In this document: in pieces, positions 22,464-32,108 of the stretch
How the letters are laid out: each line of letters starts with the position of its first letter
How positions within the stretch are numbered: the stretch's first letter is position 1
IMG/VR virus record: IMGVR_UViG_3300031841_005656
DNA length: 64,000 nt
Reading direction: 5' to 3' (one strand)
Source of the DNA: an uncultured virus (IMG/VR IMGVR_UViG_3300031841_005656)
Taxonomy: Duplodnaviria; Heunggongvirae; Uroviricota; Caudoviricetes
The notes under the pieces: generated by a model
Seen by the model: only the letters and a program-made list of their open reading frames with translations
Told to the model about the DNA's origin: nothing
The model's database searches: none
Program-made: the position numbers and the translations under genes

Positions 22464-23153
22464 ATGAAGAAATTGTTATTACCTTTATTATTGGCTAGTT
22501 CTGTCAGCGCAGAGCAGAGAAATTATGACGTAATTACTGATAGAAATGCTTTTTCGCTATTAGACAAACCTCCAGCTAAAGTCGAGCTACCAAAGCTCCT
22601 AGAGAAACCACCTATCAAACTAAACCTTACTGGAATTATAACTAGGAGAGGAGTTACCAATGTCTACATGTTTTCTAAAGATGTGCCAAAAAGGTTCTTG
22701 ACCTTGTCCTCCAAAAGGAGAACAGATAGCGGAGTAACACTGTTAAGTGTAGAGAGAGGATTAGTGAAAGTAGATAATAATGGGGTGACAGAGCTACTTT
22801 CGTTTGACACTCACAAGCTACCGTCCATCGTCACATTACCCAAGCTCAACGCTAAACCCACAATCATAAAAAAGAAAGACGACAAGCGTGAATTAGTTAA
22901 AATTGCTGCACCAGCACCAACAACCCCTAAGCCAAACGTTATCACTGTTCCTTCTAGGCGACCAAAAGTAGATCCAAGAATTATACAAAAGGGCTTAGAG
23001 TATATAGATAGAATAGACGATAAAGAAAAAAAAGAATATATTCTTCAGAGGCTTGAAAGACTTCAAAGCGGACAAGAAAAAATAGACCGCAAAATAGAAA
23101 CTAATGAGAGACGTAGGCAATACGACGAAAGAAGCCGAGATCGAAAAAAATAA
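22464..23153 (+). CDS. secreted protein, GspC/PilP-like beta domain
   Basis: Signal peptide; NY.VI.DRN.F.L...PP...L.LTGI... then a Pro-rich and charged tail. Confidence 0.5.
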   Translation: MKKLLLPLLLASSVSAEQRNYDVITDRNAFSLLDKPPAKVELPKLLEKPPIKLNLTGIITRRGVTNVYMFSKDVPKRFLTLSSKRRTDSGVTLLSVERGLVKVDNNGVTELLSFDTHKLPSIVTLPKLNAKPTIIKKKDDKRELVKIAAPAPTTPKPNVITVPSRRPKVDPRIIQKGLEYIDRIDDKEKKEYILQRLERLQSGQEKIDRKIETNERRRQYDERSRDRKK

Positions 23154-23155
23154 AA

Positions 23156-23377
23156 ATGCAGTTCCCGACAAAAGGATACAAAGATTTAACAGAGGATTGC
23201 CCTGAAATACCGGGGGATACGTGTCCCTTTATCGATAAAGCACAACAAGAACTTGAAGCTTTACGAGATCAGAACGAAGCTTTGCGAGATGTAGGAAAAT
23301 ATTGGAGAACCACCGCTATTAATTTACTTGAAGAGTGTTGCGATTTAAATAGATATATAAACGAATTGGAAAAATGA
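23156..23377 (+). CDS. hypothetical protein
   Basis: P..TCP.ID....LE.LR.QN..LR..G..W coiled coil. Confidence 0.6.
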   Translation: MQFPTKGYKDLTEDCPEIPGDTCPFIDKAQQELEALRDQNEALRDVGKYWRTTAINLLEECCDLNRYINELEK

Positions 23378-23712
23378 AGTTCAATGTTTATATCAAAGAG
23401 TATAGATTAAAGTATTTTAAGAACCTTGATAAATTTGTTAAAATATTAGGAGTGAAAAAAACTATGTGGCGCAAAATAGAAAGAGGAATAAACCCACCGC
23501 CTCGTAGAACACTTTTAAAAAAGTTTGCTAACTTGACACATATGTTTGAATATGAAGAAGCTCAAATGTATCAACTAGCAAGAAGATGGACTCCATCCGA
23601 AGACACAAACACGGGTAATCACATTTTACTTTCTGAACATTCTAAAGCAGAGTGGCGAGAAACCCTTCTAAAAGAAAACACACCTGATTATGAGCATAAA
23701 TACTGGAGATAA
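23374..23712 (+). CDS. XRE-type HTH protein
   Basis: F..YIKEYR....L..F...LGV.......IERG..PP....L.K.A. Confidence 0.7.
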   Translation: MKFNVYIKEYRLKYFKNLDKFVKILGVKKTMWRKIERGINPPPRRTLLKKFANLTHMFEYEEAQMYQLARRWTPSEDTNTGNHILLSEHSKAEWRETLLKENTPDYEHKYWR

Positions 23713-24682
23713 ATTAAAATTACATTTTATTGATTTTTGGCCAAACTTTTGGCACAACAATAATTATTTTTACTATTTGCTAGATACTGTTTACGATGTA
23801 GAACTGGACAAAGAAAATCCAGATATATTATTTTTATCATCTGACCCTTGGCGAAAAATAGAAAGAGATTCATTTAAAGACACTAATGCAAAAAAAGTTT
23901 TCTATACTATAGAAGGCGTTCCTCCGTTATTCGATAAAAGCACCTATCCTCCGCCAGTAAGCATAAAGACAAGAAAAAACGGAAAATTAATAAGTTTTAA
24001 CGAAGGCTCGGGAGATAGAGATTATTTTTATGGTCAATGTGATTTTGCTTTGGCTCACGATGTAATAGATGATTCTAGATATTATAGATTTCCTTGGTGG
24101 GCTTATCAAATAAATTGGTTTAACAAAGAGGCTTTCGGTGAGCCAGACTTTTTATTGCCAGAAGATCAAATCAACGACAATGAGTACAAAAGAACTGAGA
24201 AGACGAAGTTCTGCGTTCAAATTTTTAATAATAGTTGGCAAAATCCCAGAGAAGAAATTCATGAAAAATTAAGCGCTTACAAAAAAGTTGATGGTTATGG
24301 GCAATTGTTTGGTAATGATTTTTACCCATACGAAAAAAGAAAGTACGAAATTTATAAAGATTATAAGTTTGTGATATGTTTTGAGAATGCTATTCGTGAG
24401 GGCTATCACACAGAAAAACTTTTTCACGCTAAAACTGCTGGAGCGGTACCTATATACTGGGGGCACTCTAGCGTTTCAAATGATTTCAATCCTCAATCAT
24501 TTATTAATTTGAATGATTTTGAGTCGGTGGACGCTTTGGTGGAAAGAATTAAAGAAATAGACCAAGACGACTCACTTTATCAACAATATGTAGATGCTCC
24601 TCTATTTACAGGAGGAGTTGTCGCCGATAAATTCAAACCTGCAGCCGTTTTAGACTTTTTTCAAAACACTATCTTAGCATGA
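23690..24682 (+). CDS. glycosyltransferase family 10 (alpha-1,3-fucosyltransferase-like)
   Basis: F.DFW, YKFVICFEN...GY.TEKL..A..AGAVPIYWG, FIN..DF. Confidence 0.9.
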   Translation: MSINTGDKLKLHFIDFWPNFWHNNNYFYYLLDTVYDVELDKENPDILFLSSDPWRKIERDSFKDTNAKKVFYTIEGVPPLFDKSTYPPPVSIKTRKNGKLISFNEGSGDRDYFYGQCDFALAHDVIDDSRYYRFPWWAYQINWFNKEAFGEPDFLLPEDQINDNEYKRTEKTKFCVQIFNNSWQNPREEIHEKLSAYKKVDGYGQLFGNDFYPYEKRKYEIYKDYKFVICFENAIREGYHTEKLFHAKTAGAVPIYWGHSSVSNDFNPQSFINLNDFESVDALVERIKEIDQDDSLYQQYVDAPLFTGGVVADKFKPAAVLDFFQNTILA

Positions 24683-24894
24683 GTTTTGATCCATTCCAAA
24701 AACCAAAAGAAGCTAGAAAATGGTTTTGCGCTTGTGGTCATGTAACCCAAAACCCAATTAGATGGGTCACTGGAGCTAAAACTAAATTCGAGTGCGACAG
24801 ATGCCGAAGAGAAATTAAGGAAATGAAAAACTACTCCAACCTAGAGTGGCCTTTAATGAGCGAATGTGTCGATCGTAAAAATCAAAATCAATAA
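24679..24894 (+). CDS. small Zn-ribbon protein
   Basis: CACG...CDRC. Confidence 0.5.
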   Translation: MSFDPFQKPKEARKWFCACGHVTQNPIRWVTGAKTKFECDRCRREIKEMKNYSNLEWPLMSECVDRKNQNQ

Positions 24895-25739
24895 AGTAAA
24901 GCTATATCAAAGTCAGCATCAACCGCCCCGTTGTTACCATTCGCTGATACAACATTTACGATAATATCTGTTTTTGGAGGTAGTTGTAATGGAAATGGAT
25001 AAGAGTTTTCAGCTAAGGAGCTGGTAGTCACAGATGTAACTTCTTGAACACGAAAGACTTTGCCATATTCTCTTGTTTTAACTTGCGCCGTGTATCCAAT
25101 TTCAGTTGCACTGCCCGGATTATGCGCAGACATATGATATCCTAATAAATAACCGGTGCAAGTTGCAGGCACAGTATAAACAGCCATTAAAGTTTGGTTA
25201 TTGCCAGCTAATGATTTTGCATAAACAGTAGAAGCATCACCGCTGGCGTGAATGTCAACAGTTCCTCCGTAATCAGTTGTTCCGTTATTGTAAGCTCTAA
25301 AAACCCTACTCCAAGTTCCATCTATATTTACAGCATTCGTGCCATTTAAATTACCTGTCCAGTATTGACTTTCAAAATTCTCATCTAAACCTTGAACAAC
25401 AAATTCTTGAGTATCTGCTTGCGATGATTTTATTTGTATTCCGGTTCCTCCGTCAGGCGGAAAAGTATATTCATCAGAGCCATCCCAAACAGTTTCGGGC
25501 GAAGTGGAGCTAACTGTATTAGATACATCAGGATTACTTCCAAATTTATGTATATGATCTTTTGCTTGGCCAATAATTGACTCATAAGTTAAAGAACTTC
25601 CTTTTTCTGGAGTCCAATATTGGTTGTTTTCGTCCCAAACGTAATTAAGATTGACGTTAAGATTTCTAGATGGAGCTAAATTAAATCCATCTGGAAGATT
25701 GGGATGAGATCCGTAAGGTGGTCCGTAGTCAACGCCCAT
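24888..25739 (-). CDS. beta-rich putative virion protein
   Basis: HKFG.NPDV...ETVW.G, GLD.N, QT.MA.YTVPA, P.KTDI pattern common in aquatic phages. Confidence 0.55.
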   Translation of the reverse strand: MGVDYGPPYGSHPNLPDGFNLAPSRNLNVNLNYVWDENNQYWTPEKGSSLTYESIIGQAKDHIHKFGSNPDVSNTVSSTSPETVWDGSDEYTFPPDGGTGIQIKSSQADTQEFVVQGLDENFESQYWTGNLNGTNAVNIDGTWSRVFRAYNNGTTDYGGTVDIHASGDASTVYAKSLAGNNQTLMAVYTVPATCTGYLLGYHMSAHNPGSATEIGYTAQVKTREYGKVFRVQEVTSVTTSSLAENSYPFPLQLPPKTDIIVNVVSANGNNGAVDADFDIALLY

Positions 25740-25748
25740 AATTTATAC

Positions 25749-26831
25749 CTATATATCGCCGTCAGCCTTCCTGTAAGAGTCTTTTACTTTGCCGCCTCTC
25801 TTCATCTTCAAAAACATATTAACTCTCGCCATAGCCCATCCTCCGCGGCTCATGCCCGGTCTGTGAGACGAAGAGAACGCTCCAGCTCCTCTGCGATAAA
25901 CTTTCTTTAATTGACCGAGCGTTACCTTCTTTGAGTATTTCGCATTATGTTTTTTTACTTTTTCTTTTAATGAAGTAATTATGCTTTCTGAAAAATTAAT
26001 CTTACCACCTTTACTTCCAGCGCTTCCCGGCTTGTTTTTACTTGATCCTTTTCTTCTTTCGCTAGGTTTGGCTGGAGTTTGAGCTGCAGATTTTGGGCCG
26101 GGCCTTGCAGCGCTAATAATATCCTCAATGGTCATAACTTCGTCATATTCCTCTGAAGTCATGTCATAATTAAAAGACGCTTCCATTTCATCATCGGATT
26201 CGTAATATTTAATATAACTATGTACGCTATTTACATAATCAGCAATTTTTGTAAATTTTGATTGAACCCAACCTTCAAAGTCTGCGTCTTCAGGCATTGC
26301 ATTGATCATCGATTTTAGTTCAGTAAGCTGATCTATAGATTTAGAAATTTGAGATAAAATCATGCCAGATTCTTGATCATCATCAGCAGCTTGAGCTTCT
26401 TTGCATCCACAGCCGCCGCAACCACAATCATCTTCTCCTTCGGTAACCTCTTCTTCAACAAAAGCTAACTCTGGATCAATACTCAATAATTCATCATGGT
26501 CAGCTAAACTAACTCCATCCCAATCTGCAGAACCCTTGGTGTAATCAGTGACAGATTTGCCAGCTTCCCACATTTTACAGGACCAGTATCGAGCTTTGGT
26601 TTTTGGTCCGGGATTGGAGCAATTATGGCGTGCGCGAAAGTTGCGGCGACGATCGGGATCATCTCTTTTGATCTCCATATTTGGATCGCCAAAATTTACC
26701 TTAACAACATTGCCCTTCTCGTTCTTGACGTACACAGAGAACTTTTTGGGGCCTTTTGGTGTCCTGAAAGGCTTGTTAAGAGTTTTATTTTCGTTGGCCG
26801 CTAGAATCTTCTTTGTAAAATCGATTTCCAT
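25749..26831 (-). CDS. multi-domain conserved phage protein (basic N- and C-terminal domains, acidic middle)
   Basis: KKFSVYVK...V.FGDPNM.I..D...RR.FRARH.C...ARYWSC..W and LKKVYRRG.GAF...RPG.....WAMARVN.FL; AAGTGTA motif upstream. Confidence 0.7.
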   Translation of the reverse strand: MEIDFTKKILAANENKTLNKPFRTPKGPKKFSVYVKNEKGNVVKVNFGDPNMEIKRDDPDRRRNFRARHNCSNPGPKTKARYWSCKMWEAGKSVTDYTKGSADWDGVSLADHDELLSIDPELAFVEEEVTEGEDDCGCGGCGCKEAQAADDDQESGMILSQISKSIDQLTELKSMINAMPEDADFEGWVQSKFTKIADYVNSVHSYIKYYESDDEMEASFNYDMTSEEYDEVMTIEDIISAARPGPKSAAQTPAKPSERRKGSSKNKPGSAGSKGGKINFSESIITSLKEKVKKHNAKYSKKVTLGQLKKVYRRGAGAFSSSHRPGMSRGGWAMARVNMFLKMKRGGKVKDSYRKADGDI

Positions 26832-26855
26832 TTTTCTTTAAAATGTATACACTTG

Positions 26856-27176
26856 TTATGATATTTTGCTTAAAATAAAATTTAAATTATCCCAAGATAT
26901 CCTATCTATTTTAAAGCAAGGTGAACGCCTCATTGTTTCTGATAAACGCAAACCTTTTATATTATATTCTGGATGTATGATTTCTTCTATAAAATCGTTA
27001 ATACCTGTTTTTTTAAGCCAGTTGTAATATAAATCGGTAGTATCTTTTTCAGTCTCAAATAAAAACGAAGGGGAATCGCTGAAAACATCTAAATACAAAC
27101 ATAAACTTCTAACCGCTAAACTTTCTGTAGGTGGCTCAACAATACCTTCGCAAAATATCAAAGTATTAGAAATCAC
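26856..27176 (-). CDS. hypothetical protein
   Basis: 106 aa, GTG start with a GTGTA motif upstream. Confidence 0.55.
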   Translation of the reverse strand: MISNTLIFCEGIVEPPTESLAVRSLCLYLDVFSDSPSFLFETEKDTTDLYYNWLKKTGINDFIEEIIHPEYNIKGLRLSETMRRSPCFKIDRISWDNLNFILSKIS

Positions 27177-27244
27177 ATAAGTATTTACACAAAAAACCCC
27201 CGGAGTTCATCCGAGGGTTTTGAACTAATATTTTAAATTAGTTT

Positions 27245-27976
27245 TTAGAACTTATATTTCATGCCAAGCCAAACAGAAACCTGTTCGTCGGCCTTAAGTC
27301 CGTCTACGTCGACATCATTATCAAGATAAGTGATGTTAACGTTCGGCTCCCAAGTTGTACCAAAAAGCTCAATGTCAGTAGAAGCACCTAAAGACAATTG
27401 AGTATAGTCGTACTCGTCGCCAATTCCCCAAGCTACAGAAGGAGTTAAAGACAAATCTTTTCCTAAAAGATTTAAACCAAAATCCTTCTCTACTTTCCAT
27501 GTAGCGCCAGTGAACCCGTAATCTACATCCTTCCAAAGCGAAATCGATGGAGTCACCCATTCGCTAACACCTAAAGGATCAGAAGCTAACTTCACAGTTC
27601 CTTGTACAGCCACGCTGCTATCAATGGCAGGATTGGCAATCTGGTGACTGCTGATTCCGCCTGAAGTTTTCAGGCCAAAACCGCCAATCTCCCAGCCTCT
27701 ACCAAGGCCGATATGAAAATGCGACTGCGTTTCTTCTTCTGAAGCTAACAGATGGTAAGCTCCAGAATCAATAGTCCAACTTTGGTCTAGAAGTGTAACT
27801 GGGAACTTACCGTTAATCCCTGCAAGGAAACCATCTCCACCATAAGATAAACCGCGAATGTTGATCTCATCGGCGTAGCCGGCGATTGCAGTAAACGAGG
27901 GCTTAGGAGCCACTTCTTGCGCACTCAAAGAGAGGCAAGAACCAATCAATAATGTTGTAAGAAATAATTTCTTCAT
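27245..27976 (-). CDS. outer-membrane beta-barrel protein
   Basis: Signal peptide, alternating amphipathic strands, C-terminal GMKYKF barrel signal; followed by terminator at about 27191-27221. Confidence 0.7.
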   Translation of the reverse strand: MKKLFLTTLLIGSCLSLSAQEVAPKPSFTAIAGYADEINIRGLSYGGDGFLAGINGKFPVTLLDQSWTIDSGAYHLLASEEETQSHFHIGLGRGWEIGGFGLKTSGGISSHQIANPAIDSSVAVQGTVKLASDPLGVSEWVTPSISLWKDVDYGFTGATWKVEKDFGLNLLGKDLSLTPSVAWGIGDEYDYTQLSLGASTDIELFGTTWEPNVNITYLDNDVDVDGLKADEQVSVWLGMKYKF

Positions 27977-28079
27977 ATTTTGTAAAAAAACCTTTTAAAG
28001 GTAGGTCAAAACCTGCTAAGATAATAGTGAGTTGACACGTGCATGTCAAGTCTTTTATATTACACTCAAAAGAATCAAA

Positions 28080-28805
28080 ATGGCTCAATTAAATGCAAAT
28101 ACCCCATACATCGAATGTTTCATAAGAAACAAATATATTTTTGGAAATGATGACCCCGGACTAACCGAAGGTTACATTTTCGGTGTAAAATCTATGATCA
28201 ATAGGCCGATGCACTTTCACTTTCAATCGTGCTTTGGCGCTATTTTTTGGCAAATGCCTATATCTGCTTTTTGCCATAAAGAGGATTATGATCCGTTGCA
28301 CGAAGATGAACAAAGAAGATTATCTCTACTACAGACGTGGGATTGTCAGGATAATGACATTGCAGTTACAACGTTCGGCTTTTTGCAAAACCGTAGAGTT
28401 GACGTATTCTGCCGCGACAGAGTATGGCGTTCTGGTCAGTATGTTTTTACTATTGACGACTACGAGGGAGATCTTAACGAGCTCAATATCGGATACGCTA
28501 ACGACCAAGATTCAAAGTGTTATCACTTTTTACAATTGGACGATGGAAATTACGCCATACCTCCTAATAATCTACTTCGCTGGCATAACCCTGATTTTAT
28601 TGTTCCTTATCCTGTGGATAACCCGCCAAAAGTAAAAATATTTAAAGACGCAATGACGTCTGAAGACATCGATCGTTCATATGGTAATAGCCCTTATTTT
28701 TTCTATAATCACTATCCTGAAGAAGATAAGGAAGAGACTAAAGAGCCTAGTCCGTTAAGATCTAAAATGTATACCGAAGATTTGCCAGAGTATCCTTCCG
28801 CATGA
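28080..28805 (+). CDS. conserved phage hypothetical protein
   Basis: LNANTPY..C..R, GA.F..MPISAF, Q.WDC, Y.FTID, LDDGN.A..PNN..W. Confidence 0.7.
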   Translation: MAQLNANTPYIECFIRNKYIFGNDDPGLTEGYIFGVKSMINRPMHFHFQSCFGAIFWQMPISAFCHKEDYDPLHEDEQRRLSLLQTWDCQDNDIAVTTFGFLQNRRVDVFCRDRVWRSGQYVFTIDDYEGDLNELNIGYANDQDSKCYHFLQLDDGNYAIPPNNLLRWHNPDFIVPYPVDNPPKVKIFKDAMTSEDIDRSYGNSPYFFYNHYPEEDKEETKEPSPLRSKMYTEDLPEYPSA

Positions 28806-29404
28806 TGAAAAATATTTCTTTTATTGTCGATAAAGTTTTGGACGAAAAAGAGTTTGAAGAATATAAAAATTATTTACAAAATGTTGCTGTCTATCGAATG
28901 GTAGAGGGGGATAATAATAAAAAATTTTATATAACAGATATGCCGTACGGATTGCAAGAATCCATAGTTAAAACTTTAGAAAAAATTCATCATTGCAAAA
29001 TTGAGGTGGTATTATCTACAATTCGTAAAGCTACGCAATATCTGGATAAAAACTGGGCGATACATTCTGATCTATCTGTTGGCGTTGATAAAATTCCAGA
29101 TTATGGAGCTGTATTTTATATTAGCCAAAACGATCAAGATTTAAGTGGGACAGCACTCTGGAGGCATAAAGAATTAGGATACTCAATGCCTAGAGATATC
29201 CCGCAAAAAGAAATGTTAGAAATTTCCAATAAAGACTATAATAATATTGAAAAGTGGGAATTAAGCTCTGTCATTGGGGGAATTGAAAATAGATTGACTG
29301 CATATCCGGCTGAATATTTTCATTCAAAATTCCCAAAACAAGCGTGGGGAGCAACGCAAAAAGATTGCCGATTAGTTGCCGCAATATTTTATCAACTAAC
29401 ATAA
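28802..29404 (+). CDS. 2OG-Fe(II) oxygenase-like protein
   Basis: IHSD, V.Y+S, GTA.W.H, NRL..Y....FHS, R. Confidence 0.7.
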   Translation: MMKNISFIVDKVLDEKEFEEYKNYLQNVAVYRMVEGDNNKKFYITDMPYGLQESIVKTLEKIHHCKIEVVLSTIRKATQYLDKNWAIHSDLSVGVDKIPDYGAVFYISQNDQDLSGTALWRHKELGYSMPRDIPQKEMLEISNKDYNNIEKWELSSVIGGIENRLTAYPAEYFHSKFPKQAWGATQKDCRLVAAIFYQLT

Positions 29405-29578
29405 AGAAATGCACAACGAAGAAAAACGACATGAAGCATATGCGTACACATGTCAATTAGTCTCGCAGTTAATGTATTGTTCTTCTAAAATGGATGAAGA
29501 GGATTTTGAAAATGTAGCTGATGAAATTATAGCGCTAATTTCAAAATACAAAAATAGAATTGAAATTATTAAAAAATC

Positions 29579-29776
29579 TTAGCCTTTACTGACCAGTCCT
29601 ACACCACTTCCATTTAGTTCAAAACCACAAGCGATAGTGAAACTCTCAACGCCACTTAAAACAGCATCTAAAGTTAAATTAGTGGCATCACCGTTTATTG
29701 CTGTGCTAATATTTTCTACGACTTGGCCTGTAGGGTCCACGTCTTCATCTCGATTAAAATTGTAATTATATTTCAT
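29579..29776 (-). CDS. hypothetical protein
   Basis: 65 aa in a minus-strand run. Confidence 0.55.
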   Translation of the reverse strand: MKYNYNFNRDEDVDPTGQVVENISTAINGDATNLTLDAVLSGVESFTIACGFELNGSGVGLVSKG

Positions 29777-29777
29777 G

Positions 29778-30059
29778 TTATTTTATAATAAAATTTTCTG
29801 TTATTTTTTCTAACGCCTTATCTTTTAGCTTTTCTGTGGCGTCATCAATTACATGTTCTACAGCTTTTTCAGCAATTTTTTCTTTTATTTCTTGCTTTTT
29901 GCCAAATGTGAATGCGCAGGCAACAGAGATAACAATAACTATTATACCTAAAATAATTTTCTTTTTTAAAGATTTTTTCTTTTCTAGAGCTTCGGCTCTT
30001 TGTTGTTTTGCCAAGAGTTTTCTTCTTTTCATTTTGAGTTTTTGTTGAGATTTACTCAC
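29778..30059 (-). CDS. small single-pass membrane protein
   Basis: Basic N-terminus, TM IILGIIVIVISVACAF. Confidence 0.6.
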   Translation of the reverse strand: MSKSQQKLKMKRRKLLAKQQRAEALEKKKSLKKKIILGIIVIVISVACAFTFGKKQEIKEKIAEKAVEHVIDDATEKLKDKALEKITENFIIK

Positions 30060-30499
30060 TTTTTACTTGAGCTTGGTTTTTCAAACTCAGGGTCATTGCC
30101 TTTAGGTAGATACGGAGATCCGCCGTTGAGCGGTAAAGTTTTTTCAATTGTAAGCTCCTTAAGCTGTTCGTTCGGTACGACCATTTTCGTTTTGCGGTCT
30201 GTCATGTAAAACGTAGTAGTGGTCAAGCCTACTCTTACTATTCTTGCTTGACGTCCACTAATATAAATTATATCGTCGTTATTAAAATGAGAGCCATAGA
30301 ATATAAGAATTCCTTTAGCAAAATTCATCATAACATCTTTAATCAGAATAACTGCGACACCTGCGGCAAAAAGCCACCCGTACTCGGAAAATAAAGTTTT
30401 GGCTATATTTTCTGCTTGACTTTTGTCAAAAGATTGTAGTTGATTTAATACGTTAGTATTAACTAAATTTGTTAAATTATTTAAAAGTTGAGTTTCCAT
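30056..30499 (-). CDS. MscS mechanosensitive-channel-like domain protein
   Basis: TM helix, KD..MNF..G+.+...F...D+I.I.G...+..VGL.TT......VPN..L. Confidence 0.7.
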   Translation of the reverse strand: METQLLNNLTNLVNTNVLNQLQSFDKSQAENIAKTLFSEYGWLFAAGVAVILIKDVMMNFAKGILIFYGSHFNNDDIIYISGRQARIVRVGLTTTTFYMTDRKTKMVVPNEQLKELTIEKTLPLNGGSPYLPKGNDPEFEKPSSSKK

Positions 30500-30766
30500 T
30501 TATTTTCCCCCTTTGGTCATGTCCATCAATTTGGGCATTATCCCTACCCCCGGAATTTCAATTTCTTCTTTTGATACAGGTGTAAAACTTGTAGTTTTTG
30601 TCATCCCTTCTGGATTTTTATTTTCTTGATCTTTGTAATAATCCATCTCTATAGACAAAAACGCGGGAATTGAAACGCGTATTTTTTCTACTCTGCCATC
30701 GCCTTCGATCGACTTGCAGCCCGATAAAACAAAAAAACAAAACAATATGATTATTCTTTTGAACAC
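30500..30766 (-). CDS. small lipoprotein
   Basis: VLSGC lipobox. Confidence 0.6.
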   Translation of the reverse strand: MFKRIIILFCFFVLSGCKSIEGDGRVEKIRVSIPAFLSIEMDYYKDQENKNPEGMTKTTSFTPVSKEEIEIPGVGIMPKLMDMTKGGK

Positions 30767-30858
30767 TTCTCCAAAAAGAATTTACACTCACAAAGAATAT
30801 TTGGCGCCAAATATTTTTATGTAACTAAAAAGCCCCTATGGTGTATATTATGTTAAGT

Positions 30859-31257
30859 ATGAAATACTTATCTAAAATCTTATTGGTTGCGATTATCGCA
30901 ATGTCATTATCTACAGTTCAAGCGCGCCCTAATAAACATAAAGATAAGCCGGACAAACCTCGTCCGGAAAAGAAGGTTGATAGAGAAAAAGTCAAAGAGC
31001 GTTTAAAAGCTGCTGCCGAAAAAAGAAAAAAGCAGCGTGGAACTAAAAAGCCTAAACATTTTGGCAGATGGGATGGTAAACGTATACAAAGTGAAGAATT
31101 AAATGAGCTTCGTGAAAAAATGCGCGAGCTTACCAAAGAGCTTCACGAACTGCGCAAGAAACATGCAGAAGAAATGAAAAAGCGTATGACTGAGATCAAA
31201 AAAGAATTTGCAAACAAACGCGACAAAGTAATTGAGGGTAATAAGCCCGGCGAATAA
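30859..31257 (+). CDS. secreted highly charged coiled-coil protein
   Basis: Signal peptide, then K/E/R-rich. Confidence 0.6.
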   Translation: MKYLSKILLVAIIAMSLSTVQARPNKHKDKPDKPRPEKKVDREKVKERLKAAAEKRKKQRGTKKPKHFGRWDGKRIQSEELNELREKMRELTKELHELRKKHAEEMKKRMTEIKKEFANKRDKVIEGNKPGE

Positions 31258-31269
31258 TACCAATTACAT

Positions 31270-31300
31270 AAAAAAGAAGCCCCGCTTTTGCGGGGCTTTT
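31270..31300. terminator. bidirectional terminator between convergent genes
   Basis: AAGCCCCGC-TTTT-GCGGGGCTT. Confidence 0.8.
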
Positions 31301-31302
31301 CT

Positions 31303-31728
31303 TTATTCATCTTCTGGATTAACAGGGGGTATCCCGTCGTGAGGAAATGGAAAATCTGACCATGGGATCGGCGTATGCAATTTGCTATAAATCTGATCTT
31401 CTAGTTGATGCAGCCACCCTAGTCCAGAAACATATTCATTAGCCAGTCCGCTAATATTTCCAGATACATATTCAGGGGTGTAATTAACACTAATATAACC
31501 AGAACTTGAGGGGTGCGTACCAGTATCTAAATCAGTATACCATTGAGAAAATCCTGTGGTGCCGTCAATATATGCGCCTTCAACAACAGATACTCCGTTT
31601 TCATCAAGACCGCTATATTGACAGCTTAAGCCCACAACCAAAGATTCAACTCCGGTTTTCAAGGAGTTATTGTACATCGGATCTAACCGGCTAAAAGTAT
31701 AAGTGTATGTTCCTGATAAGTGTGCCAT
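31303..31728 (-). CDS. hypothetical (possibly virion-associated) protein
   Basis: 141 aa, S/G/Y-rich. Confidence 0.6.
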   Translation of the reverse strand: MAHLSGTYTYTFSRLDPMYNNSLKTGVESLVVGLSCQYSGLDENGVSVVEGAYIDGTTGFSQWYTDLDTGTHPSSSGYISVNYTPEYVSGNISGLANEYVSGLGWLHQLEDQIYSKLHTPIPWSDFPFPHDGIPPVNPEDE

Positions 31729-31758
31729 TTGTTATAATATTTTTTAAAATTTGTTTTT

Positions 31759-32061
31759 CTATGGGTTTTTTGTTTTTAGAGCTGAGGGGTGATGTTGCGC
31801 TAATTTTAATTCTATCTCTCTCAATCTTGCGTTTAAATCTCTAATTTCGGACGTATTGTTTGAAGTGTCTTTTTGAAGAATTGTAATTTCTGTTATTTTT
31901 TTATCCATTTGAATTAAATGGTCTTCTAACTTTTCGAATTCAACTTTACTAGGAAACAATGTTTGAAGGTAAGCTAAAATAGCTAGCCCAATAATTGGCG
32001 CTATTTTAAGAAATGTATCAAGATCACCAAAGCTTATTTTGTTTTTTCCTTGCTCTCCCAT
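31759..32061 (-). CDS. membrane-anchored coiled-coil protein (holin/spanin-like possible)
   Basis: One TM segment followed by coiled coil. Confidence 0.5.
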   Translation of the reverse strand: MGEQGKNKISFGDLDTFLKIAPIIGLAILAYLQTLFPSKVEFEKLEDHLIQMDKKITEITILQKDTSNNTSEIRDLNARLREIELKLAQHHPSALKTKNP

Positions 32062-32108
32062 ATTACGGATATATTATACACAGATTTTTTAAAAATACTA
32101 TTATATTT